Shown piece by piece: positions 8,818 through 19,400 of a DNA stretch of 64,000 bases. Source of the DNA: Candidatus Aminicenantes bacterium (GTDB lineage: Bacteria > Acidobacteriota > Aminicenantia > Aminicenantales > JAFGBC01); assembly GCA_963702005.1 (NCBI GenBank), contig OY969696.1, positions 3,904,001 through 3,968,000 on the forward strand, given 5' to 3'. The position numbers and the translations under genes were made by a program. Position 1 is the first letter of the stretch; every line of letters begins with the position of its first letter. Under the pieces are notes generated by a model that was given only the letters and a program-made list of their open reading frames with translations, did not search any database and was not told the origin of the DNA.

Positions 8818-10170
8818 TTATCCTCCCGATTCCCTCACCGCCTCGTACATGGCGGCGATGTTTGCGGGCGGGACGTTGGGAAGGATATTGTGGACCTGGG
8901 TGAAGACGAACCCGCCGCCCGCGCCGAAAATCTCGATTCGTTTCCGGACGTGGCGGCGGACCTCGTCCGGGGTTCCGTCGGGAAGAACGTCGCGAGTGTC
9001 GCAGCCGCCGCCCCAGAAGACGAGGTCCTTCCCGAACTCCCGCTTGAGCCGTTCCGGTTCCATGCCCCGGGCGCTCGTCTGGACCGGGTTGAGGATCTCG
9101 ACGCCGATCTCGATCAAGTCGGGGATGATGTCGGCGATGGCGCCGCAGGAGTGGAGGAAGAGGTGGATGCCCTTCCGCCGCCGGACCCTCTCATAAATAA
9201 GCTTGTGGCGCGGCTTGAAGATCTCGCGGTACATCCGGGGCGAAATGACCGTCGCGAGCTGCGTCCCCAGGTCGTCTCCCATCTGGATGACCTGGACGTA
9301 GCCCTCGATGGCGTCGAGGACTTTTTCGAGGCTGGCAAGATGCATCTCGACGAGCTTGTCCAAGAGGGCCTCAACCTTGGGCCGGTCCTCGGCGAGATCC
9401 GTCAAGAAACGGTCCATCCCGCACAAGTACTCGCCCCACTCGAGAAGGTTTCCGCCGAATCCAACCATGACGGCGTAGTCGGTTGTCTCGAAGAGCGTTT
9501 TGGCCCGGCGCCGGACCTCGGCCAGGTGCCCGGGGGTCGAAGGCTCATGGAAGGGCGCGCTCGGGAGAGCCGACCAAGTCACTTTTTCCATGAGCTCGGG
9601 GAGCCGGTCGAGGACGGCGCGGTCCCTCCCGTCCCAATCCGCGAGCGGGAAATATTTCTGGCTTAGGTAGAAGGCGTCCTTAGGCATGGCGCCGATCACG
9701 GTCCCATCCTTGTGCTTGGCGAGCCAGCCGCCTTCGGAAGAGACGAGGTTCACGTAGCGCGGGACTTTGGCCGGAAGGCCGCCCTGGAGCGTGAAATCCT
9801 TCCAGTCTTCCGGCTCGGTCAGGAACGTTCGTCCCAGGTCGACGACATCAGCGCCCGCGAATTCGAGGATCTCCGGCTCGGGCTGGGCGAGCTGCTGGAC
9901 GACGTCGTAGACGTGGGTCGCCCCGGACGTCATCCCGAGGTGGGCTTTGAGCCGGTGGTAGGCGATGGCCGTGATCCCGGTCGAGCGCATCGCCCCGAGG
10001 TCGACGGGCGTCCGGTCCGGCTCCTTGTGCGAGATCGCCGCCAGAACGCGTTCCCGCCTTGTCAACCCCTCGACTCCCCGGCATGAATGCCGGGGCTTGT
10101 TCGGGGTTAACCCTGAGCCTCGCTTTTCGTCCCCGCTTTCATGGCGGGGTAGCGTCGGCGAACGGGTCAT
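8818..10170 (-). CDS. Uroporphyrinogen decarboxylase / MtaA-CmuA family protein with a 35-aa repeat-derived N-terminal insert
   Basis: RERVLAAI..EPDRTPVD, GDDLGTQ, HSCG, NPVQ, VHNI; ATG overlaps the fucosidase stop (ATGA). Confidence 0.85.
   Translation of the reverse strand: MTRSPTLPRHESGDEKRGSGLTPNKPRHSCRGVEGLTRRERVLAAISHKEPDRTPVDLGAMRSTGITAIAYHRLKAHLGMTSGATHVYDVVQQLAQPEPEILEFAGADVVDLGRTFLTEPEDWKDFTLQGGLPAKVPRYVNLVSSEGGWLAKHKDGTVIGAMPKDAFYLSQKYFPLADWDGRDRAVLDRLPELMEKVTWSALPSAPFHEPSTPGHLAEVRRRAKTLFETTDYAVMVGFGGNLLEWGEYLCGMDRFLTDLAEDRPKVEALLDKLVEMHLASLEKVLDAIEGYVQVIQMGDDLGTQLATVISPRMYREIFKPRHKLIYERVRRRKGIHLFLHSCGAIADIIPDLIEIGVEILNPVQTSARGMEPERLKREFGKDLVFWGGGCDTRDVLPDGTPDEVRRHVRKRIEIFGAGGGFVFTQVHNILPNVPPANIAAMYEAVRESGG
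10061..10169. mobile_element. Palindromic MITE/PATE-like element, copy 2 (minimal form, in frame within a CDS)
   Basis: GTCA at 10061-64 and 10166-69, 105 bp apart; two GC hairpins. Confidence 0.85.
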
Positions 10171-11714
10171 GCGCCCTCCTTCATCTTATACAGGCCGAAC
10201 GCGGAGAGGGTCGGACTCGTCCGCGAGCCCTCGATAACCAGACGAATGGACTTCACCGTCAGGGCGGGGAAACGAAGCAGCCGCTTGTATCCGATCGTCG
10301 TTCCGCGCGCGAATTCCAGCCAGCCTTGCTTGGTCCCGGCCTCGAGCCGGAAGGATTCAACTCGCTGGCCCGTCGCGATGTGCTCCTGGAGGAGCGCGAC
10401 GTCGAAGGTCACCGGACCGCCCCAAGTGAACTCGATCGTGGCCGATTCGATCCCGTCCTCAGTCGTCCAATAGGTCTCGGAGCGGCCGTCGAGGACCGCT
10501 CCGCCCGGATGACCGCTCTTTGACGCCGATGATTTCGCCGTCGCGCCCGCCGCCAGGTTCGTCCGGAACGTCCCGTCCAGGATCGCCCGCATCCCCCTCA
10601 GGCTAGCTACGTCGTTTTCATGGATAAGGCCGCTCCGGTCGGGGGGAACGTTGAGGAGGAGGACGCCGTTCCGTCCGACCGAGCTGAAGTAAATATCGAC
10701 GAGCGTTTCCGGAGTTTTGATCTTGGCGTCCTCGGCCGCATGATAGAACCAACCGGGGCGGATCGAGACGTCGATCTCGGCCGGATACCAGAGGAGGGCT
10801 TGGGCCCCCCTAAGCTTTTCGCGGCTTCCGAGGTCCGGGCTCATAAAGTCCTGGGGAAGATAAGCGGCGTCCACGGGGTAGGGTCCCGGCCGGATCTTGG
10901 TCAAATCGATGACGGGCGCGGACACAGGGATGACGCTCCACTCGGTCTCCCGGCCATATCCCGACTCGGTGCCGACCCAGCGGAGGTCCGGGGCCATCCC
11001 GAAAATGACGGCTTTCGGCTGAAGCTCCCTGATGACGGCGTAGTAGGACGGCCAGTCGTAGACCTGGCGCTTGCCGTTGGGGCCTTCGCCGCAGGCGCCG
11101 TCGAACCAGACTTCTGTCACTTCGCCGTAACCGGTCAGGAGCTCGCGGAGCTGACGGCGGAAGAACTCGTTGTAACGGGGAGAGTCGCCGTAACTCGGCT
11201 CATGCCGGTCCCAGGGCGAAAGATAAACGCCGAACTTGAGTCCCGCCTCGCGGCAGGCCCGCGCGATTTCGCCGACGACATCGCCCTTCCCGTCGCGCCA
11301 GGGGCTGGCCTTGACGCTGTGCTCGGTCTGCGCGGTCGGCCACAGGCAGAAGCCGTCGTGGTGCTTGGCCGTGATGATGAGCTGGCGCATCCCGGCCTCC
11401 TTGAGAACCTGCACCCACTGCCGGGCGTCGAAGGCCGTCGGGTTGAAAAGCGCCGGGCTCTCGGTCCCTTTGCCCCACTCCTGATTCATGAAGGTATTCA
11501 TGCCGAAATGGGCGAAGGCGATGAACTCGAGCTCCTGCCAGGCGAGCTGCCTCTCCGCCGGAACGACGTTGGCCGCCTTGCGGACGATCGCCTCGAGCGA
11601 TTCGCCGGGCTCGACGACGGCGATATTCCGGCCGTCCCGGTCCGGGACCGCCGAAGCTCCGAATACGGCGAAGAAGACGATGATCGATATCAGGGCGCCA
11701 TTGCATTTGGGCAC
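10167..11714 (-). CDS. Alpha-L-fucosidase GH29 with a C-terminal F5/8-type (CBM32-like) domain
   Basis: HFGMNTF, TAKHHDGFCLW, YLSPWD, WFDGA, SIRPGWFYH, TIGYKR; signal peptide. Confidence 0.92.
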   Translation of the reverse strand: MPKCNGALISIIVFFAVFGASAVPDRDGRNIAVVEPGESLEAIVRKAANVVPAERQLAWQELEFIAFAHFGMNTFMNQEWGKGTESPALFNPTAFDARQWVQVLKEAGMRQLIITAKHHDGFCLWPTAQTEHSVKASPWRDGKGDVVGEIARACREAGLKFGVYLSPWDRHEPSYGDSPRYNEFFRRQLRELLTGYGEVTEVWFDGACGEGPNGKRQVYDWPSYYAVIRELQPKAVIFGMAPDLRWVGTESGYGRETEWSVIPVSAPVIDLTKIRPGPYPVDAAYLPQDFMSPDLGSREKLRGAQALLWYPAEIDVSIRPGWFYHAAEDAKIKTPETLVDIYFSSVGRNGVLLLNVPPDRSGLIHENDVASLRGMRAILDGTFRTNLAAGATAKSSASKSGHPGGAVLDGRSETYWTTEDGIESATIEFTWGGPVTFDVALLQEHIATGQRVESFRLEAGTKQGWLEFARGTTIGYKRLLRFPALTVKSIRLVIEGSRTSPTLSAFGLYKMKEGA

Positions 11715-11807
11715 GTAATGATTTTATCAAATATCCGACGATCCGGCACTCTCAGATTATCTTGAGGCCCTCCTCGCGCCTCAACCAAGGGAGCGGGGGC
11801 GCTGCTA

Positions 11808-13169
11808 TCAGACCAAACCCTGCTCCAGCATGGCCCTGGCAACCTTGAGGAAACCGCCTATATTGGCGCCATTGACATAATTTCCCGGGGTTCCGTATTG
11901 GTTGGCTGCTTCTACACAGGTTTTATGGATGCTCTTCATGATCTGGTGCAGGCGCTTGTCCACTTCCTCCCTCGACCAGCTCATCCTCATGCTGTTCTGG
12001 GACATTTCAAGACCCGAGGTAGACACGCCGCCGGCATTCGCCGCCTTTCCTGGGCCGAACAGGATTTTGGCATCAACAAATACCTCAATGCCTTCGGCCG
12101 TGGTCGGCATGTTCGCGCCCTCGGCGACTACATAGACTCCATTCTTGACCAGGTTTTTGGCGTCTTTGGCGTTGATCTCGTTCTGGGTGGCGCTTGGGAA
12201 GGCGCAATCCGCTTTATGGTTCCAGAGAGGATTAGTGTCCATATCGGGCGTCAGCGGCGTATAGGTCACGCCTTTGAACTTATCGGCATAATCCTTGATC
12301 CGGCCCCGGCGAACGTTCTTCAGGTCCATAATAAAATCCAGCTTCTTCGAATCAATGCCCGCGGGGTCATAAATATAGCCGTTGGAATCGGATAGCGTCA
12401 CCGCCTTGCCCCCGAGCTGGTTGATCTTCTCCACCGTGTACTGAGCCACATTACCGCTTCCCGAGACGAGGCAGCTCTTCCCTTCGAGGGTTTGATTTCT
12501 GGTCCCGAGCATTTCCGCGGCAAAATACACGGCCCCATACCCCGTTGCTTCCGGCCGGATGAGCGAGCCGCCCCAATCGAGTCCTTTGCCCGTCAGAACC
12601 CCGGTGACTTCATTCCGCAATTTTCTATATTGGCCGTAAAGGAAGCCGATCTCACGTCCGCCCACGCCGATATCGCCGGCGGGCACATCGGTATCAGGAC
12701 CGATGTGCCGGAAGAGCTCACTCATGAAGCTCTGGCAAAGGCGCATGACTTCGTTATCGCTCTTTCCCTTTGCGTCAAAATCACAACCGCCCTTGCCGCC
12801 GCCCATGGGCAGCGTGGTCAAGGAATTCTTAAACACCTGTTCAAAAGCAAGGAACTTCAGGATGCCCAAGTTGACGGTGGGATGAAAGCGCAGGCCGCCT
12901 TTATAGGGTCCGATCGCGCTGTTCATCTGGATCCTGTAGCCGCGATTGACGTGAATCTCCCCCGCGTCATCCATCCAGGCAACGCGGAACATGAGGACCC
13001 GCTCCGGCTCCGCGATCCGCTCGAAAATCTTGGCTTTTAGGTACTCGGGATGGCGTTCCAGAACCAAGGAGACGGAGCTGGCAACTTCATAAACGGCTTG
13101 ATGGAACTCGGGTTGCGCGGGGTTCTTGGCCTTGATTTCATCCATGAAATCTTTGACATAATTATTCAT
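11808..13169 (-). CDS. gdhA: NADP-specific glutamate dehydrogenase
   Basis: GPYKGGLRFH, EQVFKNSLT, GGGKGG, DVPAGD, RPEATGYG, SGSGNVA, KAANAGGV all intact. Confidence 0.95.
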   Translation of the reverse strand: MNNYVKDFMDEIKAKNPAQPEFHQAVYEVASSVSLVLERHPEYLKAKIFERIAEPERVLMFRVAWMDDAGEIHVNRGYRIQMNSAIGPYKGGLRFHPTVNLGILKFLAFEQVFKNSLTTLPMGGGKGGCDFDAKGKSDNEVMRLCQSFMSELFRHIGPDTDVPAGDIGVGGREIGFLYGQYRKLRNEVTGVLTGKGLDWGGSLIRPEATGYGAVYFAAEMLGTRNQTLEGKSCLVSGSGNVAQYTVEKINQLGGKAVTLSDSNGYIYDPAGIDSKKLDFIMDLKNVRRGRIKDYADKFKGVTYTPLTPDMDTNPLWNHKADCAFPSATQNEINAKDAKNLVKNGVYVVAEGANMPTTAEGIEVFVDAKILFGPGKAANAGGVSTSGLEMSQNSMRMSWSREEVDKRLHQIMKSIHKTCVEAANQYGTPGNYVNGANIGGFLKVARAMLEQGLV

Positions 13170-13374
13170 ATATGCTCCTTCGCAAAAAAACTTTCGGAGA
13201 TTATACTGTATAAATCTCCTTCATTTTAATAAATCAGAAATTTTATGGATTTATTTGGATAATATTAGGATTTGAATAAAAATATCGGCTTCTTTCCGGA
13301 CACAAACACTCCTTGACTTTTAAGGAAGCAAGAATTATTTTTGATTTAAGAACATATGAAAAAGGGATAAAACA
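13170..13374. promoter_or_regulatory. AT-rich divergent control region between the two gdh genes, with palindrome TTATAC-T-GTATAA
   Basis: Perfect palindrome 13201-13213 flanked by GAGA/TCTC; a TTGACT -35-like hexamer near 13313. Confidence 0.45.
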
Positions 13375-14661
13375 GTGGGCGACAGATCTTATAACACCTT
13401 CCTGATAGCTCAGGCTCAATTCGATAAGACGGCGGAATGGCTCGATCTTGACCCGCCGACACGTGAACTCCTGCGTTTGCCGATGAAAGAATATCAATTC
13501 CTGATACCTCTCCAGATGGATGACGGGAGGGTCCAGATATTCAGAGGTTTCCGGGTTGTCCATAACGACGCCCGAGGACCCGGTAAGGGGGGAATCCGGT
13601 TTCATCCCTACGAGACCATCGATACCATCCGGGCCCTGGCGATGTGGATGACATGGAAATGTGCTCTGATGAATATCCCTCTGGGCGGCAGCAGCGGCGG
13701 CATCGTCTGCGATCCCCATTTCCTAAGCCTCCGAGAACAGGAGCGGCTCTGCCGAAGCTGGATCCGAAAGCTCGCCAGGGATTTGGGACCTCAAGTCGAT
13801 GTCCCGGCTCCTGACATCATGGCCTATACTCAGCACATGCTTTGGATGCTCGACGAATACGAAACGATCCGGGGTGAGAAACTCCCCGGTTTCATAACCG
13901 GAAAACCCGTGGGAATGGGCGGCTCTCTGGGCAGGATAGAGGCGACAGGCTTCGGCCTTGTCTTTGCTCTGCGCGAGGCCTTGAAGGAGCTGAACATCCA
14001 GCCTGACGACACCACCGCGAGTATCCAGGGCTTCGGCAACGTGGCCCAGCATGCCAGCCGTCTTTTTGAACAGATCGGCGGAAAAGTGATTTGTATCGCC
14101 AGCTGGAATAATAAGGACGGAACCTCCTATTCTTACAAAAAAGAATCGGGAATAAGCCTCGAGGCCCTGGCCGGCATCACGGACCGCTTCGGGGATATCG
14201 ATAAAGAGAAAGCGGCGAAAATGGGCTGTGAGGTTCTGCCCGGAGAGGCCTGGCTGGCTCAGGAGGCCGATATCCTGATTCCAGCCGCGGTTGAGAATCA
14301 AATTACGGCCGAAAATGTGACGGCGATTCGCCCGCGCGTCAAAATTATCGCCGAGGGAGCGAACGGCCCGACCACGACCGAGGCCGATGATATGATCGCC
14401 GATCGAGGAATATTCGTTATCCCCGACATTCTCGCCAACGCCGGAGGCGTCACCTGCAGCTACTTTGAGCAGGTCCAGAGCAATATGAATTATTATTGGG
14501 AAAAGGATGAAGTCCTCGGCAAGCTGGATGTCAAGATGACTTCGGCCTTCAATTCTGTTCTGGAGTTCGCCAAGAAAAAAAAGCTTTCGATGAGGGGGGC
14601 GGCTTTTGCTATCGCGGTCGCCCGGGTGGCTCAAGCTTGCAAGGACCGAGGCTGGATCTAG
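13375..14661 (+). CDS. Glu/Leu/Phe/Val dehydrogenase-family protein lacking the catalytic Lys (possible regulatory pseudo-GDH)
   Basis: GPGKGGIRFH, MTWKC, PAPD, QGFGNVA and EGANGP present, but GGGKGG reads GGSSGG. Confidence 0.85.
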   Translation: MGDRSYNTFLIAQAQFDKTAEWLDLDPPTRELLRLPMKEYQFLIPLQMDDGRVQIFRGFRVVHNDARGPGKGGIRFHPYETIDTIRALAMWMTWKCALMNIPLGGSSGGIVCDPHFLSLREQERLCRSWIRKLARDLGPQVDVPAPDIMAYTQHMLWMLDEYETIRGEKLPGFITGKPVGMGGSLGRIEATGFGLVFALREALKELNIQPDDTTASIQGFGNVAQHASRLFEQIGGKVICIASWNNKDGTSYSYKKESGISLEALAGITDRFGDIDKEKAAKMGCEVLPGEAWLAQEADILIPAAVENQITAENVTAIRPRVKIIAEGANGPTTTEADDMIADRGIFVIPDILANAGGVTCSYFEQVQSNMNYYWEKDEVLGKLDVKMTSAFNSVLEFAKKKKLSMRGAAFAIAVARVAQACKDRGWI

Positions 14662-14718
14662 TTTCCGCAGCTCCTCTCGGCTGGGACAGCGAGGCCGCTT
14701 CCGTTATGACTAAAATCG

Positions 14719-16476
14719 ATGCCTGAGTCTTGGACAAAATCGCTCTCCCTCCGCATCGCACCCTTCGACCGTCATTTTTTCACCGGCAAGGAAAGGTTCA
14801 CGGCCATCGGCCGCGGTGCCCTGGGAGGCAAAGCCCACGGATTGGCCCGGATAGCAAACATCCTCGAGGAAAAGCTGGCTCCCTCATTCCGACCCGACAT
14901 CGACATCACAATCCCGATCTTAACCGTGATCACAACGGAATTCTTCGATCTTTTCATGAAGCAGAACAACCTTCAAGACGTTGCTTTTTCCAGCCTCCGC
15001 GATGATCAAATTACCGCGACGTTCCAGCAGGCGGAGCTGCCGGCCCAGCTCGTCGGGGATCTGCGCGCTCTCATCGCCCGGGTCATCACGCCTTTGGCCA
15101 TTCGTTCTTCCAGCATTCTGGAAGACGCCATGTTCGAGCCCTTCGCCAGCGTCTATTCCACAAAAATGATCCCCAATAACCAACCGGATACCGACAGCCG
15201 GTTCAGGAGACTGGTCGAGGCGGTTAAATTTGTCTATGCCTCGACTTTCTTCAAAGATGCAAAAAATTACATTCAAGCGACAAGGCACACAACGGCCGAT
15301 GAGAAAATGGCGGTTATTATTCAGGAAGTCGTCGGCGTCCGGCACGGCCCGCGTTTCTATCCTCACATCTCGGGGGTTGCCCGTTCCTATAATTTTTATC
15401 CCATTGGACACGCCAAGCCCGCCGACGGCGTCGTCGACCTGGCGCTCGGCCTGGGGAAGACGATCGTCGATGACGGCATCGCCTGGTCTTATTCGCCGGC
15501 CTTCCCGCAGGCCAATCCGCCTTACATGACACTGGGCGACCTGTTGAACCAAGCCCAGCACGAATTCTGGGCCGTCAATATGGGCTCGCCTCCCGAGTAC
15601 AACCCCATCAAAGAGACGGAATACCTGATGAAATTCAGCCTGGAGGATGCCGAGGAAGATGGAAACCTTCGCTTTCTCGCCTCCACCTACAGGGCTCAAG
15701 ACGACAAGATTGTCTACGGCATCGCGGAGAAAGGTCCCCGGATTATCGACTTCGCACCGATCTTAAAATTCGATTTACTGCCCCTCAACAGAATGCTCAA
15801 ATGCCTTCTCAAGATCTGCCAGGAAGAGTTGGAAAGAATGGTAGAGGTCGAGTTCGCCCTGACCCTGGATGATCGCCAAGGCAGGCCGGCCCGATTTGGT
15901 TTCCTTCAAGTGAGGCCCATGGTCGTCTCGGAAGAAAAAGCGGAGCTTAGGCCGGCGGATTTGAGGGGAGAAAACGTGCTGGTGGCCACGGAGTCGGCGC
16001 TGGGGAATGGAATCGTCGGAAACATTCGCGACGTCATTTACATCAAGCCGGAGAAATTCAACGTTCAACATTCGGAAACCGTCGCGGCTGAGCTTGAATT
16101 GCTGAATCATCATTTGTTGCAACAAGGCCTTCCCTATCTTCTTATCGGCTTTGGCCGTTGGGGGACGTCCGACCCGCAGGCCGGCATCCCGGTTAAGTTC
16201 GGCCAAATCTGCGGCGCCAAAGTCATCGTCGAATCTGCCCTCCCCGAAGTGCCTTCCCTTCTCAGCCAGGGCTCTCATTTCTTCCACAACATCACCAGCT
16301 TCAAAGTCCTCTACCTGTCCGTCAGTCATTGGGACAAGGACAACATTGACTGGAGTTGGCTGAACAAACAGCAAGTCATCCAGGAAACAAAATTCGTGAG
16401 ACAGGTTAGACTTCCCTCCCCCCTGCATATTCAAGTCGACGGCCTGACCGGTCGTGGGGTGATCATCCATGAATGA
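14719..16476 (+). CDS. PPDK/PEP-synthase N-terminal ATP-grasp protein with a C-terminal His motif
   Basis: LGGKAHGL, IRSSSILED, MAVIIQ, SGVARS, GLGKTIV, EVEFA, LQVRP; GRWGT and SQGSHFF; no PEP/pyruvate barrel. Confidence 0.85.
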   Translation: MPESWTKSLSLRIAPFDRHFFTGKERFTAIGRGALGGKAHGLARIANILEEKLAPSFRPDIDITIPILTVITTEFFDLFMKQNNLQDVAFSSLRDDQITATFQQAELPAQLVGDLRALIARVITPLAIRSSSILEDAMFEPFASVYSTKMIPNNQPDTDSRFRRLVEAVKFVYASTFFKDAKNYIQATRHTTADEKMAVIIQEVVGVRHGPRFYPHISGVARSYNFYPIGHAKPADGVVDLALGLGKTIVDDGIAWSYSPAFPQANPPYMTLGDLLNQAQHEFWAVNMGSPPEYNPIKETEYLMKFSLEDAEEDGNLRFLASTYRAQDDKIVYGIAEKGPRIIDFAPILKFDLLPLNRMLKCLLKICQEELERMVEVEFALTLDDRQGRPARFGFLQVRPMVVSEEKAELRPADLRGENVLVATESALGNGIVGNIRDVIYIKPEKFNVQHSETVAAELELLNHHLLQQGLPYLLIGFGRWGTSDPQAGIPVKFGQICGAKVIVESALPEVPSLLSQGSHFFHNITSFKVLYLSVSHWDKDNIDWSWLNKQQVIQETKFVRQVRLPSPLHIQVDGLTGRGVIIHE

Positions 16477-19400
16477 GAACTCAAAGAATACCGATTCCGT
16501 GATCTGGTTTTTATCCGAGCGGGCCAAGGAATTGAATTGCCTCTACAAGATCGAAGAGCTTCTCAACAAGCCGGATGCCGATCTGGACGATATCTGCCGA
16601 GGCGTTATCGAAGCCATTCCGCCGGGCTGGCAGTATCCGGACATCTGTGTCGCCAAAATCAGCCTCGAGGGACACGCGGCTCAATCCCCGAATTTCAAAG
16701 AGACCGCTTGGGTTCAGAATGCCGATATCAAAGTCCAGGACAAACACATAGGGAGGTTGAGCATTTACTATATCGAAGAGATGCCTCACGCCGCTGACGG
16801 GCCTTTCTTGAAAGAGGAGACAAAGCTCCTCGGAACGATCGTGGACCGACTGGGCCACTACATCCTTTATACACGGATGAAACAGGCCTACCAGGAGTAC
16901 CAGACGGCCCGCCGGGGCGTTTCAGCGGATCGAGCGGACGAATGGCGTGTGGCCCTGAATTTTTTACGTCAGACCAACAAAAACCTCTTCCTGAATATAT
17001 CCCGCCGCATGCTCAATTTTCTCAGCTGGGGAGGCATCCAGGAAGCCGAAAAGCTTCTCCTCAAAACACTGGCAGGAAAGAAAGCCGGCGAGAGCTATTC
17101 GGAAGAAGAGAATTTCCCCGATCAAGTCAGGCCGCAGTCCTTCGATGAAAAAATCAGCGAAGAAACGTTCAACCTTGCCGCCCGGCATCTCAGCACCGGC
17201 CAAATCCTGGCCAACATCCACAAATGGATCCAAGAGGACCGGCTGAGCTTTTTAGTGGAGGTCACAAACAGAAATCTCTCCCTGGCTCAGGTCGTGGACG
17301 CCATCCGTCGCTACCACCATATCGCCGCCGAGGGCATCGCACTCCCTCCGGAAAGTCGAAGGGGCGTTCTTGTCTCCCTGATCCGACGTTTTCTCTCCGA
17401 ACAGCCGGAATTCATCACCACGGCCATCAAGAATATTGAAATCGACGACTTCTATGAGATCCTGGATCACATTATTTTTTCGCCGGAGAGCCAGGGAAGG
17501 TTGGGAGGAAAAAGCACCGGGCTTTTTTTGGCCAAGCATATCATCGAGAAATCGGCCGATTCCTTGAGCCATTTCAGCCCGATCAAGGTGCCGAAAACAT
17601 GGTATATCTCCTCGGAGGGCCTGCTGAGCTTTCTCTCCTATAATAATCTCAACGAGGTTGTTGAGCAAAAGTACAAAGATATCAACCAAGTTCGGCTGGA
17701 GTATCCTCATATCGTTCAGACATTTAAAAATTCTCAGTTCCCCACGCATATCGTCCAGGGACTCTCCATGGTTCTCGACGACTTCAAGGACCAGCCCATC
17801 ATCGTCCGCAGCTCCAGTCTGCTGGAAGATCGGATGGGATCTTCGTTTTCCGGAAAGTACAAGAGCCTGTTCTTGGCCAACCAAGGCAGCAAAGGGGAGC
17901 GTCTTGAAGCCCTCAAAGACGCCATCGCTGAAATCTATGCCTCCACCTATGGCCCCGATCCTATCAGCTACCGGTCGGAGCGGAATCTTCTTGATTTCGC
18001 GGAAGAGATGGGCATCATGATCCAAGAAGTCGTGGGTACGCGGGTCGGGGACTATTTTTTCCCCTCTTTTGCCGGAGTGGCTTTGAGCCGCAACGAGTTC
18101 CGCTGGTCGCCATGGATCAAACGCGAAGACGGCCTGCTGCGATTGGTCCCCGGGTTGGGGACAAGGGCGGTGGACAGAACCAGCGATGATTATTCTGTCA
18201 TGATCGCCCCGGGACAGGTCGGGCTCCGCGTTAATGTCAGCGCCGACGAGGTCATCCGCTACTCGCCCAAAAAAATGGACGTCATCAACTTGAAAACGAA
18301 CGGCTTCGAAACCATCGAAGCCAAAGACCTGCTCAGGCGATATGGCCATCAACTCCCCGCCGCCGATAAAATCGTCTCCCTCTATGACGGTCAGTGCTTG
18401 CGAAAACCGTTGGGCCGGACGATCGATTGGGAGAAGGACGATCTTGTCATCACCTTTGAAGGACTCATCGACAGCACCCCCTTCATTTCCCAACTCCGAG
18501 AGGTCATGCGGATCCTAAAAGAAAAACTCCAGTTTCCCGTGGACATCGAATTCGCTTCCGATGGAAAGAGTTTTTATCTTCTCCAATGCAGGATGCAAAG
18601 CTACCTGGAAGGCAGCGAGCCCGCTTATATCCCCAAGAACCTGCCCAAGGAAAAAATCGTGTTCCTGGCCAATCGTTTTATCTCCAACGGGCGCATTCCG
18701 GATATTACTCATATCGTCTATGTCGATCCGCAAAGCTACGATGAGCTTCCCAATCGCGAGATGCTTCTGGCCGTCGGCCGCGCCGTGGGAAAGCTGAACA
18801 AGCTCTTGCCGCGGCGCCGATTCATCCTGATGGGGCCCGGTCGTTGGGGAAGCCGGGGAGATATCAAGCTTGGAATCAAGGCGTCCTACTCCGATATCTC
18901 AAACACGGCGGTCCTGATCGAGATCGCCCGAAAGAAAGGGCATTATCTTCCCGACCTCTCTTTCGGCACCCACTTTTTCCAGGATCTTGTCGAAGGAGAA
19001 ATTCGCTATCTGCCGCTCTACCCCGATGAAAAGGGCTCTATCCTTAAGGAAGACTTTTTCAAAAAGTCAGCCAATATCCTTCCCCAAATCTTGCCCGAAT
19101 TTGCCGATCTTGCCGATACCATCAAGGTCATAGATATTCCCGGGAGCACGGATGGAATGGCCCTCCGCATTCTGATGAATGCCGACCTGGATGAAGCCGT
19201 GGGATTTCTTGTCAACCCGGAGGTCGAACCCCTCTCTCCGCTTCCCGGGAGAGAAAAAGAAAAGGGCAAGCCGGAGAACCATTGGGCCTGGCGGCTCGAG
19301 ATGGCTGAACATATCGCTTCGCAGCTTGACGCCGGGCGTTTCGGCGTTAAGGCCCTCTACATAATCGGCAGCGCCAAGAATGCCACGGCCGGCCCGCAAA

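Noticed and set aside
6480-10170. Calling the UroD-like genes hemE
   Set aside because: They have the HSCG Zn motif and lack the RQAGR motif, pointing to the MtaA/CmuA-like branch
11898-14634. Long ORFs antisense to both gdh genes
   Set aside because: Antisense ORFs opposite gdh are a known artefact
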